Positions 60,860-64,000 of a stretch of 64,000 bases of DNA are shown piece by piece. Position 1 is the stretch's first letter, and each line of letters begins with the position of its first letter. This stretch comes from Senegalimassilia sp. Lineage in GTDB: Bacteria > Bacillota > Clostridia > Lachnospirales > Lachnospiraceae. The stretch covers positions 2,769 through 66,768 of the forward strand of contig CAVKUD010000001.1 of the NCBI GenBank assembly GCA_963659315.1. The letters run 5' to 3'. Below the pieces are notes generated by a model. That model did not search any database, was not told where the DNA came from, and saw only the letters and a program-made list of their open reading frames with translations. The position numbers and the translations under genes are program-made.

Positions 60860-61636
60860 ATGATACTGGCTGTAGACGTGGGGAATACAAATATAACATG
60901 TGGTGTGTTTAAGGGAGATGAGATAGTGGCATCCTTCAGAATCACCACCAAGATGCCGAGAACCTCAGATGAGTATGGTATGATACTTGGCACCCTGCTT
61001 GAGAAAAATCAGGTGGAGGAGAGCGCTATAAAGGATGCAATCATAGCATCAGTTGTGCCAAATGTGATGCATTCACTGCAAAATGCCATAATAAAATACC
61101 TTGGAATCACACCGATTATAGTGGAGGCAGGCATCAGGACAGGCATTAGAGTTGCCACACCAAATCCACAGCAGATAGGTGCGGACAGAATCGTGGATGC
61201 AGTGGCAGCCTATGAGCTTTATGGTGGACCAGTGCTGGTAATTGATTTTGGAACAGCGACTACATATGACTTTGTGGACGAAAACGGGTCTTTCCTTGGT
61301 GGAGTAACAGCCCCAGGAATCAGTATTTCGGCAAAGGCACTGTGGGAGGATGCAGCAAAGCTTCCAGAGATAGAAATTAAAAAGCCGGAAAACATACTGG
61401 GAAAAGATACCATAAGCAGTATGCAGTCAGGACTTGTCTACGGACAGATAGGTCAGACCGAGTACATTATAAACAGGGTAAAGGAAGAAAACCATGTACC
61501 AGAGGCAAAGGTTGTAGTGACAGGTGGACTTGGCAGAATCATAGCAAACGAGACTGCAACAGTTGATATTTATGACCCAAATCTCACATTAAAGGGTATA
61601 AACATCGTTTATAAGAAGCAAAATAGAAGAAAATAG
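60860..61636 (+). CDS. coaX: Type III pantothenate kinase
   Basis: [26 protein letters not shown]. Confidence 0.95.
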   Translation: MILAVDVGNTNITCGVFKGDEIVASFRITTKMPRTSDEYGMILGTLLEKNQVEESAIKDAIIASVVPNVMHSLQNAIIKYLGITPIIVEAGIRTGIRVATPNPQQIGADRIVDAVAAYELYGGPVLVIDFGTATTYDFVDENGSFLGGVTAPGISISAKALWEDAAKLPEIEIKKPENILGKDTISSMQSGLVYGQIGQTEYIINRVKEENHVPEAKVVVTGGLGRIIANETATVDIYDPNLTLKGINIVYKKQNRRK

Positions 61637-61644
61637 GATATAAA

Positions 61645-62631
61645 ATGATTAATAAATTGAATATAGGCGGCGTAGAGCTGCCCAACAATTTAATATTAGG
61701 ACCTATGGCAGGCGTGACAGACCTGCCATTTCGTCTATTATGTAAGGAGCAGGGAGCAGGACTTCTGTGCATGGAAATGGTCAGCGCCAAGGCTATTTTG
61801 TATAAGAATAAAAATACTGAGACCCTGCTTGCGATAGATGAGAGGGAAAAGCCTGTGTCCCTGCAGCTCTTTGGCTCAGACCCTGAGATAGTGGCAGGCA
61901 TAGCGCACCAGATAGAAGACAGACCCTTTGACATATTAGACATCAATATGGGCTGCCCCGTGCCAAAGATAGTCAACAATGGTGAAGGCTCAGCCCTTAT
62001 GAAAAATCCAGTCCTGGCAGGCCAGATAATCGAGAAAACAGTAAAGGCAATCAAAAAGCCTGTCACGGTAAAAATCCGAAAAGGCTTTGATGATGACCAT
62101 GTGAACGCAGTGGAGATGGCAAGGGTAGCCCAGGAGAGCGGAGCCAGTGCAGTGGCAGTCCATGGCAGGACGAGAGAGCAGTACTATTCGGGCAAGGCAG
62201 ACTGGGACATAATCAGGCAGGTCAAGGAGGCTGTGCAGATTCCCGTAATAGGAAACGGAGACCTGCTCACAGCAGAGGATGTGATATCCATGAAGGAGCA
62301 GACAGGCTGTGATGGCTTTATGATAGCCAGAGGAGCCCAGGGAAATCCATGGATATTCAGCCAGATACTTGAATATTTTAGTACAGGACAGATAAAACCC
62401 AGACCGGGCTTTGATGAGGTCAGGGAGATGATACTGCGCCAGGCGAGAATGATGATTGATTTCAAGGGCGAGTATATCGGAATCAGGGAAATCAGAAAGC
62501 ATGCCGCCTGGTACACAACAGGCTATCCTAATTCATCTAAGATGCGTGATGCCATAAATACAGTGGAGACATATGAGGCGTTAGAGGCGCTGCTACTTGA
62601 CATAGACAGCGTGATTAGCTATAATACGTGA
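61645..62631 (+). CDS. dusB: tRNA-dihydrouridine synthase B
   Basis: PMAGVTD, DINMGCP, VHGRT, IGNGD. Confidence 0.92.
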   Translation: MINKLNIGGVELPNNLILGPMAGVTDLPFRLLCKEQGAGLLCMEMVSAKAILYKNKNTETLLAIDEREKPVSLQLFGSDPEIVAGIAHQIEDRPFDILDINMGCPVPKIVNNGEGSALMKNPVLAGQIIEKTVKAIKKPVTVKIRKGFDDDHVNAVEMARVAQESGASAVAVHGRTREQYYSGKADWDIIRQVKEAVQIPVIGNGDLLTAEDVISMKEQTGCDGFMIARGAQGNPWIFSQILEYFSTGQIKPRPGFDEVREMILRQARMMIDFKGEYIGIREIRKHAAWYTTGYPNSSKMRDAINTVETYEALEALLLDIDSVISYNT

Positions 62632-62679
62632 GTTGAATTAGACCAAAAATAAATTATTATAAAGAGAAGGGCAGCAAAA

Positions 62680-63159
62680 ATGGAAAAGAAAAACATACTG
62701 ACATATGAAGGACTTAAGAAACTCGAGGACGAGTTAGAGGATTTAAAGGTAGTAAAGCGTAAAGAGGTATCACAGAAAATCAAGGAGGCTCGTGAACAGG
62801 GAGACCTTTCAGAGAACGCTGAGTACGATGCAGCTAAGGACGAGCAGCGTGATATCGAGGCAAGAATCGAGGAAATCGAGAAGATTCTTAAGAACTCAGA
62901 GGTAGTACTTGAGGAAGAGGCAGACTCAGACAAGGTAAGCATTGGATGTATGGTAAAAATCCTTGACTGCGAATATGATGAGGAGCTTGAGTACAAAATC
63001 GTAGGCTCTACAGAGGCAAACAGTTTAAAGGGAAAAATCTCAAATGAGTCACCAGTAGGACGTGCGCTTATTGGAAAGTCTGTAGGAGACAGCGTAACAA
63101 TCGAGACACAGGTTGGAGAATTAACATACAAGATTCTTGAAATCTCAAAATCAAACTAG
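62680..63159 (+). CDS. greA: Transcription elongation factor GreA
   Basis: [20 protein letters not shown]. Confidence 0.96.
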   Translation: MEKKNILTYEGLKKLEDELEDLKVVKRKEVSQKIKEAREQGDLSENAEYDAAKDEQRDIEARIEEIEKILKNSEVVLEEEADSDKVSIGCMVKILDCEYDEELEYKIVGSTEANSLKGKISNESPVGRALIGKSVGDSVTIETQVGELTYKILEISKSN

Positions 63160-63186
63160 AATCAGGAATTTTTAGGAGGAAGAAAA

Positions 63187-64000
63187 TTGGCTGAGCAGAA
63201 CAACCAGAAGGGCGGACAGCAGCAGGACGTAAATCAGCTGCTCAAGATTCGCCGTGAGAAATTACAGAATTTACAGGAAGCAGGAAACGACCCATTCGTA
63301 ATCACAAAGTATAATCAGACACATCATTCAGATGAGGTAAGAGCGCTTTATGAAGAGCATGAAGCTAAATTACTGGCTGGAAGAGCAGCTGTAAATACAG
63401 AGGGAATGGATGAGGCGGCAGCAAGAGAAGCCGTAAACAACGATTACAACGAGAGAAGAGCAATCATGGATGCAGACCCAATCGAGGTAAGTATCGCAGG
63501 ACGTATGCTCTTTAAGCGTGTAATGGGAAAGGCTTCATTCTGCAATATCCAGGACTTAAAGGGCAAAATCCAGGTATATGTAGCAAGAGACTCAATCGGA
63601 GAGGACGCATATGCAGACTTCAAGAAATCCGATATCGGAGATATTTTTGGAGTAAAGGGATATGCTTTCAGAACAAAAACTGGTGAGATTTCTATTCATG
63701 CTGAGGAGCTTGTAATGCTTTCAAAGAGCTTACAGATTCTTCCAGAGAAATTCCACGGACTTACAGATACAGATGCAAGATACCGTCAGAGATATATCGA
63801 CCTTATCATGAATGAGCAGAGCAGGGATGTATTCGTAAAGAGATCCCTAATGATGAAGGAAATCAGAAATTTCCTTGCATCTCGTGATTTCATGGAAGTA
63901 GAGACACCAATGCTGGTACACAATGCAGGTGGAGCAGCAGCAAGACCATTCGAGACTCACTACAACTCACTCAATGAGGACGTAAAGCTCCGTATATCAC
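63187..64000 (+). CDS. lysS: Lysyl-tRNA synthetase (class II), cut by window end
   Basis: TTG start after AGGAGG; VSIAGRMLFKRVMGKASF, LPEKFHGL, RYRQRYIDL, FMEVETPM, GGAAARPF. Confidence 0.93.
   Translation, partial: MAEQNNQKGGQQQDVNQLLKIRREKLQNLQEAGNDPFVITKYNQTHHSDEVRALYEEHEAKLLAGRAAVNTEGMDEAAAREAVNNDYNERRAIMDADPIEVSIAGRMLFKRVMGKASFCNIQDLKGKIQVYVARDSIGEDAYADFKKSDIGDIFGVKGYAFRTKTGEISIHAEELVMLSKSLQILPEKFHGLTDTDARYRQRYIDLIMNEQSRDVFVKRSLMMKEIRNFLASRDFMEVETPMLVHNAGGAAARPFETHYNSLNEDVKLRIS

Noticed and set aside
175..63131. Numerous short antisense or alternative-frame ORFs overlapping long genes
   Set aside because: They are shadows of well-supported genes, without RBS or recognisable motifs.

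Overview
Chromosomal window from a motile, low-GC Firmicute, most likely Lachnospiraceae (inferred from gene content and order). The flanks are housekeeping: aconitase-like hydratase, glgB, FliK-like protein, amidase, GH18, Ser/Thr kinase, mecA, flagellin and fliS on the left; pgi, murG, argF, birA, coaX, dusB, greA and lysS on the right. A Tad/Flp pilus operon (20275-51752) is split inside its ATPase gene cpaF/tadA by a 22,306-bp, visibly AT-richer integrative element (about 22659-44964). The insertion falls exactly in the conserved AMNTGH|DGSLSTGHANS motif, at a CA dinucleotide flanked by inverted arms, and removing it rebuilds an intact 407-aa ATPase. The element encodes a large serine recombinase, a probably inactive double-resolvase-domain partner, a Rep-like protein with iterons and a DnaB-like helicase, ArdC, a YqaJ exonuclease with an annealing protein, two RadC/JAB proteins, an HTH-ImmA pair, a small resolvase, a BcgI-like type IIB R-M system and several microproteins absent from the ORF track. 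No recognisable virion, relaxase or T4SS genes are present. The most striking observation is that the recombinase ORF runs through the attachment site: when integrated it stops at a TGA formed at the host junction, and in the predicted excised circle it gains 53 in-frame C-terminal residues. Functional calls come from motif recognition by eye; no database searches were run.
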